A stretch of DNA of 64,000 bases, from IMG/VR virus record IMGVR_UViG_3300042477_000769; one strand, written 5' to 3'. This DNA is from a virus (Duplodnaviria; Caudoviricetes). Shown here piece after piece: positions 48,259 through 57,324 of the stretch. The position numbers and the translations under genes are program-made. The notes beneath the pieces were generated by a model. That model was given only the letters and a program-made list of their open reading frames with translations. It was not told the origin of the DNA and did not search any database. Numbering within the stretch: the stretch's first letter is position 1; each line of letters begins with the position of its first letter.

Positions 48259-48444
48259 ATGAAAACACCTGATGAAGAGGTCGTGGCAGAAGCTGCCAGA
48301 ATTGAATATGATGAACACACTGGAGATTTATTTATTGTTTTTAAAATTACCAATGAGAAATACAAACAAAAAATAAAGAAGACTTGGACTCAAGATATAG
48401 AATATAGAATAATTGAGAAAAATTTAGTAATGATTAAGGAGTAA
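48259..48444 (+). CDS. Hypothetical protein (61 aa)
   Basis: Short ORF filling the gap between dnaB and the first FmdB-like gene. Confidence 0.55.
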   Translation: MKTPDEEVVAEAARIEYDEHTGDLFIVFKITNEKYKQKIKKTWTQDIEYRIIEKNLVMIKE

Positions 48445-48446
48445 AT

Positions 48447-48758
48447 GTGCCTACTTATTTATACTTATGTGAACAACATGGTGAATTTGAACAAGAGCAT
48501 TCTATTAAAATAAAATTAGAAGTTTGCCCTAAATGCCAGGAAGAAAATATAAATCCTCCATTACCTGTTACTCGTTTAATTAATAATTGTACTATTGGAG
48601 TAGTTGAGTTAACTGGCCAAGATTTAGTGGATAAAGTAAAATCTGATGCTCAAAATTTAAAAAAAGAAATGAGTAAATCTACTAATACCTATGCTAACAT
48701 GTTGGGAGAGTCGCGTTATCATCAATTACAAACAAAATTAGATAGACGCGGGAAATAA
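48447..48758 (+). CDS. FmdB-like zinc-ribbon protein 1
   Basis: GTG start after AAGGAG. MPTYLYLCEQHGEFE...CPKC. Confidence 0.75.
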   Translation: MPTYLYLCEQHGEFEQEHSIKIKLEVCPKCQEENINPPLPVTRLINNCTIGVVELTGQDLVDKVKSDAQNLKKEMSKSTNTYANMLGESRYHQLQTKLDRRGK

Positions 48759-48788
48759 TTTTTATTTTATTTAAAAAAATTAATGGTG

Positions 48789-48816
48789 TTGACAGAAAAG
48801 TTAAAGAAATTAAGTT
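48789..48816 (+). promoter_or_regulatory. Promoter TTGACA-N16-TAAGTT with upstream TTTAAAAAAATTAATGGTG element
   Basis: TTGACA at 48789-48794 and TAAGTT at 48811-48816. Downstream SD GAGGAG and ATG at 48850. Confidence 0.6.
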
Positions 48817-48849
48817 CTTATGTAGACTATCCTACCCAACGAGGAGAAA

Positions 48850-49041
48850 ATGCCAACCTATACTTATAAATGTGAACATCATGGAGAATTTGATATTGAG
48901 CACTCTATTACTGAAAAGTTAGAAGATTGTCCTAAATGTCAAGAAGAAGGTTTAACGCCACATAAGGTGGTACGACTTATTTCTGGAACTGGAGGATTTA
49001 TTCTACAAGGTGGTGGTTGGGCACGTGAAGGTTATTCGTGA
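48850..49041 (+). CDS. FmdB-like zinc-ribbon protein 2
   Basis: MPTYTYKCEHHGEF...CPKC...VVRLIS..GGFILQGGGW. SD GAGGAG. Confidence 0.85.
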   Translation: MPTYTYKCEHHGEFDIEHSITEKLEDCPKCQEEGLTPHKVVRLISGTGGFILQGGGWAREGYS

Positions 49042-49099
49042 TCACCTCTAAACATTATTAAATTGAGTCGTCTTTTTAATTTAAACTAAAGTACATAAA

Positions 49100-49255
49100 A
49101 TGACGAAAAAATATAAAGACAGTGAGAATAAAAAAGAGAGACTGCAAAAAGCTGTTAATTTGCTAAAATTTATTCTCACCTTTGATGATAAAGAAATCAT
49201 CAATTCCACGATTGAATCAATTATAGAAATTTTAGAAGAAGAAATTAACGATTAA
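49100..49255 (+). CDS. Small helical protein (51 aa, not in ORF track)
   Basis: MTKKYKDSENKKERLQKAVNLLKFILTFDDKEIINSTIESIIEILEEEIND fills the gap. Confidence 0.55.
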   Translation: MTKKYKDSENKKERLQKAVNLLKFILTFDDKEIINSTIESIIEILEEEIND

Positions 49256-49267
49256 TAGGTTAATTTC

Positions 49268-49299
49268 TACTTGTCAAGTACTGTATCAATAATACAGTA
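49268..49299 (+). promoter_or_regulatory. Promoter TTGTCA-N16-TACAGT overlapped by two inverted repeats, upstream of the sigma gene
   Basis: TACTTG-T-CAAGTA (49268-49280) and TACTGTAT-CAATA-ATACAGTA (49279-49299). -35 at 49271-49276, -10 at 49293-49298. Confidence 0.55.
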
Positions 49300-49335
49300 T
49301 CTTAAATACTTTCGACCATAAAGTGAGATAGAATA

Positions 49336-49965
49336 ATGATAAATGAACAAGAAGCTCAAGATTTAATGATCAAATTGATTGAACTACGAGAACAAGTTAA
49401 AAACTCTAAAGATAAAGCCTTAATAAATAAATTTAAAAAACACGAAGCATTATGTATCAAAAAGTTTAGTTATTTAGTAACTATGAAAACAGGTCGGTAT
49501 AAAGCTTTTAATAATTATGATGACTTAAATCAAGAAGGTTTTGAAGCTTTAGTAAAAGCGATGAATAATTATAATCCACAAAAAGGATCTTTCTTTTGGT
49601 GGGCACATAAATATATTGATACTAGAATCTCTAGAAGTGCCAACTTACATACTACTATTCGATATCCACTTAAAGTAGCTAAAGAAAACACTCCTCATAA
49701 AGAAACCATGATGCCTCTGTTAGTTGAAAGTCGTTATTGTCCAGATGAACAGGTAGAAGAATATCAAAATTTAAAAGCACTTACTAAAGTATATAGTAAA
49801 TTAAATACTGAACAACAATCAGTAATTGATTTATCATTTGGAATTAATGGAGATAAACCAATTTCTATTAATAAAATATGCAAACAATTAAATATATCAA
49901 GGGTAAATTGTATTAAGAAAATTAATTCTGCCCTCTCTATTATGAAAGATAATATAGAAATTTAA
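49336..49965 (+). CDS. Phage-encoded sigma70-family sigma factor (regions 2 and 4)
   Basis: YDDLNQEGFEALVKAMNNYNPQKGSFFWWA (region 2) and LNTEQQSVIDLSFG...SINKICKQLNISR (region 4 HTH). Confidence 0.85.
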   Translation: MINEQEAQDLMIKLIELREQVKNSKDKALINKFKKHEALCIKKFSYLVTMKTGRYKAFNNYDDLNQEGFEALVKAMNNYNPQKGSFFWWAHKYIDTRISRSANLHTTIRYPLKVAKENTPHKETMMPLLVESRYCPDEQVEEYQNLKALTKVYSKLNTEQQSVIDLSFGINGDKPISINKICKQLNISRVNCIKKINSALSIMKDNIEI

Positions 49966-50044
49966 TTATATTTTATTTCTATACCTACTGCTTAGTTTTA
50001 TCTTAAAATTAAGTCCTGGTCCCCTTTTCTTAAAATAGGAAAAT

Positions 50045-51010
50045 ATGAGCTTATTGACACCTAGACCTACATATGCACCTTTTGAGTATCCCCAAGCATA
50101 TCAATATTGGGAGTTACAACAACAATCACATTGGCTTCATACTGAAATAGCTATGGCGGCTGATATTAACGATTGGAAGTTAAACTTAACGCCTTCAGAG
50201 AAACATGTTATTGGTCATATTTTAAAAGGATTTACTCAGTCTGAAGTTTTTATTCAAGAGTATTGGGGACAAATGGTAGGTAAGTGGTTTAAAAAACCTG
50301 AAATACAAATGATGGCCGCCACGTTTTCTGCTTTTGAATCAATTCATGCTGTCTCTTATGCTTATCTTAATCAATCTTTAGGTTTAGAAGATTTTGATTC
50401 CTTTTTACATGAACCAACAGCCAAAGCGAAGATTGATCGTTTAATCACTACTAAAGGAAAATCCAAAGAAGAGATTGCTAAAAGTTTAGCAATTTTTTCG
50501 GCTTTTAATGAAGGCGTTAATTTATTTTCTTCTTTTGCCGTGTTATTGAATTTTTCTAGATTTAATAAATTAAAAGGGGTAGGTCAAATTATTGCTTTTT
50601 CTATTAAAGATGAATCTTTGCACTCTAATGCCGGTTGTTGGTTATTTAGAACTTTAGTGGAAGAATTCCCAGAAATAATGACTGATGAATTAAAATCAGA
50701 AATAAATGATGCTGCTAGACTAACAGTAGAATTAGAAGATGCCTTTATTAATAAAGCTTTTGAACAAGGTCCCATTGAAGGTTTAGATCCTCATGATCTA
50801 AAAGCTTTTATTAGATATCGAACTAATACAAAACTAAATGATTTAGGTTTAAAAAAGATTTGGAAAAATATAGATAAACAAGCTATGGAACGTATGTCTT
50901 GGTTTGATACCATGTCAGCAGGAGTGGCTCATGCTGATTTTTTTGCCGCACGAGTATCTGATTATGCCAAGGGCATTATGGACTTTTCTACTATTTGGAG
51001 TGATGAATGA
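50045..51010 (+). CDS. nrdB: Class I ribonucleotide reductase, beta subunit
   Basis: PFEYP, HWLHTEI, GFTQSE, FESIHAVSY (radical Tyr retained), FNEGVNLFSSF, IKDESLH, DFFA. Confidence 0.93.
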   Translation: MSLLTPRPTYAPFEYPQAYQYWELQQQSHWLHTEIAMAADINDWKLNLTPSEKHVIGHILKGFTQSEVFIQEYWGQMVGKWFKKPEIQMMAATFSAFESIHAVSYAYLNQSLGLEDFDSFLHEPTAKAKIDRLITTKGKSKEEIAKSLAIFSAFNEGVNLFSSFAVLLNFSRFNKLKGVGQIIAFSIKDESLHSNAGCWLFRTLVEEFPEIMTDELKSEINDAARLTVELEDAFINKAFEQGPIEGLDPHDLKAFIRYRTNTKLNDLGLKKIWKNIDKQAMERMSWFDTMSAGVAHADFFAARVSDYAKGIMDFSTIWSDE

Positions 51011-52704
51011 GCGATTTAGAAACATTAAAAAAAAATAATGAAGCTCCTGACTGGATGAATGATGAAGGCTACCGTACTTTGTCTGGTGGATATTTATTAG
51101 AGAATGAAACTCCTAAACAAATGTATAAAAGAGTAGCTCAAGCGGCAGCATCTTATTATGATAATTCTGCATATTATGCAGAAAAGTTTTTTGATATTAT
51201 GTGGAAAAATTGGTTATGCCCAGCTTCTCCAGTATTAAGTAATATGGGAACTAATAGAGGTTTACCTATTTCCTGCAATACCATTCATGTAGGTGATAGT
51301 ATTGATTCTATTTTTTCTAAAAACTATGAATTAGCCATCTTATCTAAAAATGGTGCAGGAGTAGGCATTTACTTTGGCGATATTCGAGGGCGTGGAGCTA
51401 AAATTAAAGGGAACGGATTATCAGAAGGAACGGTTCCCTGGGCAAAAGTCTTTGATACTACCACCGTGTCAGTTAATCAAGGCTCTACTAGACGTGGCGC
51501 TTCTGCTATTTATTTACCTATTGATCATCCAGATATTGAAGAATTTATTAATATTCGGCGACCTATTGGGGACATGAATCGTAGATGTTTAAATATTAAC
51601 CATGCCGTCTGTATTAGTAATTCTTGGATGGAGCAAATGTTAGCTGGAGATTCAGCTAAAAGAAAATTATGGGAAGAAATCCTAAAAGCTAGAGTAGAGA
51701 CTGGTGAGCCATATATTTTCTTTACTGATAATGTAAATGAACAAAGCCCGGATTGTTATAAGCATAATAACTTAACAGTTAAAGGATCTAATATTTGTAG
51801 TGAAATTACCCTGTATACTGATCCTGATCATAGCTTTGTCTGCTGCCTATCATCTCTAAATTTAGTTAGATGGGAGGAGTGGAAAGATACTGATACCGTG
51901 CAATTATCTGTCAGATTTTTGGATGCGGTACTGTCTGAATATATTAAAAAAACAGCAGGCGTTAAAGGATTTGAAGCATCTAGAAATTCCGCTATTAAAG
52001 GAAGAGCTATTGGTATTGGAGTTCTAGGTTGGCATACACTATTACAACAGCGCTGGTTGGCTATGGATAGTTTTGAAGCCATGCAATTAAATGGCCAAAT
52101 TTTTAGAAATATTAGATTAAAAGCCGAAGAAGAAACCAAACTCTTAGCCCAAGAATTGGGGGAACCTGAGTGGTGTCAAGGATTTAATCGTCGAAATACT
52201 CATTTAATTGCGGTAGCGCCGACTGTGTCTAATTCTACCATTTCTGGAGGACATAGTGCTGGAGTAGAGCCTATTTCAGCTAATATTTTTATTCAAAAAT
52301 CGGCTAAAGGGACGTTTATTAGAAAAAATTCTACCCTAGAATCTTTATTAGAAAGTAAAAATAAAAATACTTCCGAAGTATGGAAGTCCATAAACGAACA
52401 AAATGGCAGTGTGCAACATTTAGAGTTCTTAACTGAACAAGAAAAAAATGTATTTTTAACAGCCAGAGAAATTAATCAACATACCTTAATTAAACAAGCC
52501 GCTCAGCGTCAAAAATGGATTGATCAGTCACAATCAATTAATTTATTTTTTGCGAATAATTCAACTCCTAAATATATACATGATGTTCATATTGCCGCCT
52601 GGAAAAATGGACTAAAAACATTATACTATTTACGTAGTGATGGCGTTATACGAGGAGATCTCGCCTCTCGTAGTGAGGCAGAATGTAAAGCTTGCGAAGC
52701 TTAA
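51007..52704 (+). CDS. nrdA: Class I ribonucleotide reductase, alpha subunit, short form without ATP-cone
   Basis: PASPVLSN, ISC, GSNICSEI (N-C-E), VCCLSS, APTVSNS, SQSINL, TLYYLR, C-terminal CKAC. ATGA overlap with nrdB. Confidence 0.93.
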   Translation: MSDLETLKKNNEAPDWMNDEGYRTLSGGYLLENETPKQMYKRVAQAAASYYDNSAYYAEKFFDIMWKNWLCPASPVLSNMGTNRGLPISCNTIHVGDSIDSIFSKNYELAILSKNGAGVGIYFGDIRGRGAKIKGNGLSEGTVPWAKVFDTTTVSVNQGSTRRGASAIYLPIDHPDIEEFINIRRPIGDMNRRCLNINHAVCISNSWMEQMLAGDSAKRKLWEEILKARVETGEPYIFFTDNVNEQSPDCYKHNNLTVKGSNICSEITLYTDPDHSFVCCLSSLNLVRWEEWKDTDTVQLSVRFLDAVLSEYIKKTAGVKGFEASRNSAIKGRAIGIGVLGWHTLLQQRWLAMDSFEAMQLNGQIFRNIRLKAEEETKLLAQELGEPEWCQGFNRRNTHLIAVAPTVSNSTISGGHSAGVEPISANIFIQKSAKGTFIRKNSTLESLLESKNKNTSEVWKSINEQNGSVQHLEFLTEQEKNVFLTAREINQHTLIKQAAQRQKWIDQSQSINLFFANNSTPKYIHDVHIAAWKNGLKTLYYLRSDGVIRGDLASRSEAECKACEA

Positions 52705-52709
52705 TTTTT

Positions 52710-52735
52710 AAAAGGCGTCTTTACAGGCGCCTTTT
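52710..52735 (+). terminator. Intrinsic (possibly bidirectional) terminator after nrdA
   Basis: AAAAGGCGTCT-TTAC-AGGCGCCTTTT, an 11-bp stem with one G-U, starting 6 nt after the stop codon. Confidence 0.85.
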
Positions 52736-52791
52736 GTATAAGTATTATTGACTAAAATTTGTTACTACTAATTAAAACATATTATTATAAA

Positions 52792-53175
52792 ATGAAAGCC
52801 ACGATTCTTCTCAATCATAATGAGAATACCCATCAAGTAGAAGAAGAAGAAAAAACTAGATTTCTTCGAAATTTATTAGACCAGATTGGTCTACCAATTC
52901 AAGAATTTTGGAATGAAGAGCTATCCTTATCTGTTCATCAACGGATGAAATTACGTTCATTATTAACAACTTATGAAATCCAAGTTATAGATGATTTGGA
53001 TAGTCATATGCAGGTCTTTGTAGAAGGAGAATTAATTGCCGAGTGGTTTAAGCCTACTTATAAATTAAAACGAGATCTAAAAGAAAGAGATCCGAAAAAA
53101 CAAATGTATCTTGAAATGGAAGTTAATTGTTGGTCACTTTTTGAAGAATCTGAAAATCAGGAACACACACTATAA
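52792..53175 (+). CDS. Hypothetical protein (127 aa)
   Basis: First ATG in frame is at 52792. TAATG overlap with phoH. Confidence 0.65.
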   Translation: MKATILLNHNENTHQVEEEEKTRFLRNLLDQIGLPIQEFWNEELSLSVHQRMKLRSLLTTYEIQVIDDLDSHMQVFVEGELIAEWFKPTYKLKRDLKERDPKKQMYLEMEVNCWSLFEESENQEHTL

Positions 53176-54488
53176 TGAGAAAAATTTATATCTTTGATAC
53201 TTCCGCCTTAATTTATGACCCTTGTGCCTGGAAACAATTTGCCGATAGTGATATCATCATTCCCATAGCTGTTCTCAATGAATTAGATAAACTAAAAAAA
53301 CAATCTGGTGAAGTCGGTAGAAATGCTCGGGTCTGTATTAAATCATTAGATGAATTATCGAATGATTCAGATATTATTACTGGAGTTTTAATACCAGATC
53401 TAAATACAGTAGTAAAAATTGATGCTACTTATCGTAATACTAATAATCCTGAATATGCTGGATTTGGTGACCCAGATTATGGTGATACTCAAATTTTAGC
53501 ATGTGCTTATGATAATTTAAAAATTTACCAACATAATGTCTATTTTGTTAGCAATGATATTAATCTGAGAGTTAAAGCTAAATCTCGAGGCTTAAATGCT
53601 ATTTCTCATGAAAATGATAAATATCATTTAACTGAATTATACCCGGGATTTATTACTATAGAAGATGAAGAAGCAGGCGTAAATCTTCAACAAGAAGGTT
53701 TTATTGATCCCTTGCAATATGGATTTTTCCACCTGAATCCTAATGAATGCATTTTGTTTACTGATTCTAAAGGTGAAGGGATTGCCTTAGGTCGTAAAGT
53801 TTCTAGAAATAAAATAAAATTTGTGAAAAAACAGTTCCCATGGAATATCAATAGTCGAAATCAAGAGCAAATCTTTGCCGTAGATTTATTAATGGATAAA
53901 TCCGTTAATTTAGTAACTCTCATTGGTCAAGCTGGAACCGGTAAAAGTTTATTGGTATTAGCTTCCGCATTAGAATTGGTAATTAGCAAAAAGGAATATA
54001 ATAAATTTGTTATTTATCGACCTATTCAGGCAGTAGGCAATGAAATCGGTTATTTGCCGGGATCATTAGAAGAAAAACTAGCTCCTTGGTTCCAAGCTAT
54101 CATGGATAATTTTGAGGTATTATTTAGCAACAAAGTTAATGGAGATTGGCGTCGAGATTTAGAAATGTTCCAAAAAAAAGGTAAAATTGAAATGGAAGCG
54201 ATTACCTATATTCGTGGTAGAAGTATTCCCAATTCTATAATTTTGGTCGATGAGGCCCAAAACTTATCTAAAGAAGATGTGAAAACAATTCTAACTCGTG
54301 CTGGAGAAGGAACTAAAGTTATTTTAACTGGCGATATAGAGCAAATTGATAATAATATTTTGGATGCTTCCAATAATGGTTTAACTCATGTAATTGAAAA
54401 ATTTAAAACTTCTGATCTAGCAGGTCATATTACTTTGACCAAGGGAGAGCGTAGTAGATTAGCCTCCGAAGCAGCTGAAATTTTGTAA
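53175..54488 (+). CDS. phoH: PIN-domain / PhoH ATPase fusion (PhoH2/YlaK-like)
   Basis: PIN: IFDTSAL, IPIAVLNELDKLK, SNDINLRVKA. PhoH: GQAGTGKS, GYLPGSLEEK, YIRGRS, VDEAQN, TGDIEQID, ERSRLA. Confidence 0.9.
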   Translation: MRKIYIFDTSALIYDPCAWKQFADSDIIIPIAVLNELDKLKKQSGEVGRNARVCIKSLDELSNDSDIITGVLIPDLNTVVKIDATYRNTNNPEYAGFGDPDYGDTQILACAYDNLKIYQHNVYFVSNDINLRVKAKSRGLNAISHENDKYHLTELYPGFITIEDEEAGVNLQQEGFIDPLQYGFFHLNPNECILFTDSKGEGIALGRKVSRNKIKFVKKQFPWNINSRNQEQIFAVDLLMDKSVNLVTLIGQAGTGKSLLVLASALELVISKKEYNKFVIYRPIQAVGNEIGYLPGSLEEKLAPWFQAIMDNFEVLFSNKVNGDWRRDLEMFQKKGKIEMEAITYIRGRSIPNSIILVDEAQNLSKEDVKTILTRAGEGTKVILTGDIEQIDNNILDASNNGLTHVIEKFKTSDLAGHITLTKGERSRLASEAAEIL

Positions 54489-54497
54489 GAGGTTGTT

Positions 54498-54758
54498 ATG
54501 AATGATTCTTCTGAAATTAAAACAAATACGGCTAAACTATCTGAAGTAGATAGATTAACATTAGAATTGGCCAAAAGTAGAAAACAAATCGCTTTAGCGG
54601 AAGCTAAAGCGGCGTTGGCTAATAATGAAAATGCCGAATTATCATATAAGTATGTAGTATTACAATTATATATGAAATATGGATTAACTGAATTGGATGC
54701 CATTAATGAAAATGGCACTATAATTAAAAATGGAGCGGTTACATATGATAAAGAATAA
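54498..54758 (+). CDS. Hypothetical coiled-coil protein (86 aa)
   Basis: SD GAGG. Heptad-rich sequence. Confidence 0.7.
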   Translation: MNDSSEIKTNTAKLSEVDRLTLELAKSRKQIALAEAKAALANNENAELSYKYVVLQLYMKYGLTELDAINENGTIIKNGAVTYDKE

Positions 54759-55113
54759 AGTAGTCAGAGTCTCTGAAGAGACTTCAAAAGTAGTAGCTGC
54801 ACCTCAAACATTAGACGTTGAACCTAAACTATTGGAACATAAAATTCCAGTAGAAGAATTGCCTCCAAAACCTGAATTTAATTTTGAAGAATTAATCTCT
54901 CTAATTAAAGTAAGAGAGTATGTTCATAATTCTATTGGAAATTTTATGATCGACCGCCCGACGATTAATTATTTAAATCAATCACTATCTATGATTGATA
55001 AAAAAATTATTACTCAATTGAAATCAACTGATTTTAAAAATTATCTTAACCCGACAGAAGTAAAAGAATCTGCTACTGAAGTAGCAGTAATAAAATCTAG
55101 CATTGTTAAGTAA
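54745..55113 (+). CDS. Hypothetical protein (122 aa)
   Basis: ATG 54745 gives the short overlap typical of this window. Confidence 0.6.
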   Translation: MIKNKVVRVSEETSKVVAAPQTLDVEPKLLEHKIPVEELPPKPEFNFEELISLIKVREYVHNSIGNFMIDRPTINYLNQSLSMIDKKIITQLKSTDFKNYLNPTEVKESATEVAVIKSSIVK

Positions 55114-55128
55114 TGCTACTTAAGGTAA

Positions 55129-55974
55129 GTGAAAATGAGAGTAGCTAGCAAAAGTTCTTTTAATGATAACAATTTAATTAAATTAAAAGACCAATTATGG
55201 ATTGATAAGCAAAGAATAGCGGGAAGTATTGTTGCTAAAACATTATCTAAATTAGAATCTTTAGTATTAGATAAATGCCAATTTTCTGCTGTAGAATTAA
55301 ATGAAATAGGGGAAGCAATCATTAAAGAATCCGGTGGTAGCCCCACCTTTAAAGGTTATAAGGGATTTCCAGCCGGAGTCTGTATTTCTATTAATAAACA
55401 ATTAGTGCATGGTATTCCTAAAGATATTTCCTTAAAAGAAGGAGATATTATTAGTTTTGATTTAGGAGTTACTTATGAAGGTGCTATTGCAGATAGTGCC
55501 ATTACTTGCATTTATGGAAAGCCAAAAACTAATAGACATGTAGAGTTACTGCAAGCTACTGAAGGAGCTTTGCTAGAAGGAATACGAGCTATTGGACTAG
55601 GTAAAAGATTAGGATGTATTGGTAAAGCTATTTATAAATATGGCAGGAATAAAGGATTTAGTGTGGTCAATAACTATGGAGGACATGGTTTAGAATGGGA
55701 TCAACCTCATGCCGCTCCTTTTGTCGCTAATAAAAGTACAGTAAATGAAGGAATTAGAATAGTTCCCGGATTAGCAATTGCCATTGAGCCTATGTTGGTG
55801 ATTGGGCCAGCTGACACTTATGTTAGTAATGATGGCTGGACTGTGATGACCGGAGATATTGGCGCTCATGCAGAACACTCTATCTTTATTCATCCAGAGT
55901 ATATAGAAATTATGACCTGGCGAGAAGGTTCTACTTACCCCAAAATAATACCATTTAAAAACTATGAAAATTGA
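55129..55974 (+). CDS. map: Methionine aminopeptidase, type I
   Basis: FKGYKGFPAGVCISINKQLVHGIP, DLG, DSAIT, GGHGL, IEPML, AHAEHSI (D-D-H-E-E metal ligands). Start could be GTG 55129 or ATG 55135. Confidence 0.92.
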   Translation: MKMRVASKSSFNDNNLIKLKDQLWIDKQRIAGSIVAKTLSKLESLVLDKCQFSAVELNEIGEAIIKESGGSPTFKGYKGFPAGVCISINKQLVHGIPKDISLKEGDIISFDLGVTYEGAIADSAITCIYGKPKTNRHVELLQATEGALLEGIRAIGLGKRLGCIGKAIYKYGRNKGFSVVNNYGGHGLEWDQPHAAPFVANKSTVNEGIRIVPGLAIAIEPMLVIGPADTYVSNDGWTVMTGDIGAHAEHSIFIHPEYIEIMTWREGSTYPKIIPFKNYEN

Positions 55975-56137
55975 ATTTGAAGATAAAAGCTATATAGAGT
56001 GCACTAATGCTGAGCATCCTGGCAAAATTATTATTACTATTTCTGCCAGAGATCATCAGAATAATTTAAAAAAAATAACTAATGCAGTTGAATTAACGAT
56101 GGAACAGTTTAAACAATTGTTTTCGGATGTTAAGTAA
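55964..56137 (+). CDS. Hypothetical protein (57 aa, not in ORF track)
   Basis: MKIEFEDKSYIECTNAEHPGKIIITISARDHQNNLKKITNAVELTMEQFKQLFSDVK overlaps the map stop by 11 bp. Confidence 0.6.
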   Translation: MKIEFEDKSYIECTNAEHPGKIIITISARDHQNNLKKITNAVELTMEQFKQLFSDVK

Positions 56138-56186
56138 ACTATGCTAAATTTAAGGCATGTAGTTGACACAAACTATAGGAGTTAAT

Positions 56187-56600
56187 ATGAGTGGATTTAA
56201 AAAAGTGAGTGAATTAGCAGATAAGTTTGAGCTAAAACTTAAGACAGCTCAAACAATTGAAGGCGAAGATCCTAAGTCAGTGGTGTCTGATGCTTTTTTT
56301 GGACCACATGGAGAGCAAGAATTTAATGCTGCTATTTTAAATCCTGGTAGTAATTTCTTAAAAGTATTACCTGAAAGCGTCAAGACGTGTCATATCGGAG
56401 CGACAGTTGATTCTTCTGCAGGAATGGCGGATTTTCTAGTGACTTGTGAACCTGTAGCTAATGCTGGCACAGTATCTGCGTTAAAAGCAGCGTTAATGAA
56501 AGATTATTTAGCTGTTTTTAAGAAAACTCCACAAGCTAAAGTAAAAGAAGCTAAAGCGGGAGTTAAAGCATCTCATCCTCGTATTATTCAAGTTTCTTGA
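56187..56600 (+). CDS. Hypothetical protein (137 aa)
   Basis: SD AGGAG at 56177-56181 supports ATG 56187 over TTG 56163. Confidence 0.7.
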   Translation: MSGFKKVSELADKFELKLKTAQTIEGEDPKSVVSDAFFGPHGEQEFNAAILNPGSNFLKVLPESVKTCHIGATVDSSAGMADFLVTCEPVANAGTVSALKAALMKDYLAVFKKTPQAKVKEAKAGVKASHPRIIQVS

Positions 56601-56636
56601 ATAGCATACTAGCAACCATAACTATATAGGTTATAT

Positions 56637-57293
56637 ATGTCTTTTCCACAATTAGTACAAGCGGCTCAACAATATTTTCCTAAACTTAAAGTTAAATATA
56701 AAAATAATTCTAAGTTCATGAAATTGTTATCATTTTTATTGTTTTTCAATAAAAATTTCATGACTAGTTATACTACGACTATTGGATCAACCATTTATTT
56801 TCCGTCTAAAGATACAGTATTGGGCAGACCCACTTCATCTATGATAACATTGATGCATGAGTTAGTTCATATTTATGACGCACAAAAACTAAATACCTTA
56901 GTATTTAGTTTATTATATTTAACTCCTCAAATTTTAAGCTTATTATTAATGCCATTATTTTTTGTCTTACCTTGGTGGCTAGTATTATTGATGATAATGG
57001 TATTAGTAGCTCCTATTCCTTCATTTTTTAGAATGAAGTTTGAAAAGAGAGCATATTTTGTTTCGCTATATGTGATGCATAAATTATCTAGTAAGTTTTC
57101 TTTTAAGCTGTCTTTAGAGGCCGAGAAAGATTCCATGTTGCGGCAATTTAAGGGAGCTGATTATTATTTTATGTGGCCTTTTTCATCTTTAGAAAAAGAA
57201 TTTGACGCTGGCTTGTTAAAAATCAAAAATAATCAAAGACCTATAGAAGATCCAGTTTTCGACATTATCGATGAATTATTAGAAAAAGTTTGA
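56637..57293 (+). CDS. Membrane-associated zincin-type metallopeptidase (HExxH)
   Basis: TLMHELVHIYD, then a hydrophobic hairpin LVFSLLYLTPQILSLLLMPLFFVLPWWLVLLMIMVLVAP and FEKRAY (candidate third ligand). Confidence 0.6.
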   Translation: MSFPQLVQAAQQYFPKLKVKYKNNSKFMKLLSFLLFFNKNFMTSYTTTIGSTIYFPSKDTVLGRPTSSMITLMHELVHIYDAQKLNTLVFSLLYLTPQILSLLLMPLFFVLPWWLVLLMIMVLVAPIPSFFRMKFEKRAYFVSLYVMHKLSSKFSFKLSLEAEKDSMLRQFKGADYYFMWPFSSLEKEFDAGLLKIKNNQRPIEDPVFDIIDELLEKV

Positions 57294-57317
57294 AAAAAAC
57301 TACTTGCCTGATATAAT
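57290..57317 (+). promoter_or_regulatory. Promoter TTGAAA-N16-TATAAT with extended -10 (TGA-TATAAT)
   Basis: -35 at 57290-57295, TG at 57309-57310, -10 at 57312-57317. ATG lies 7 nt downstream. Confidence 0.7.
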
Positions 57318-57324
57318 AGAGGTC

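Noticed and set aside
49281-49297. Canonical LexA (SOS) box
   Set aside because: Spacing is CTGT-N9-ACAG, not N8. Kept only as a generic operator-like palindrome.
56163-56188. TTGACA promoter and TTG start for the 56163 ORF
   Set aside because: No TAnnnT at 16-18 nt spacing. The SD AGGAG supports ATG 56187 instead.
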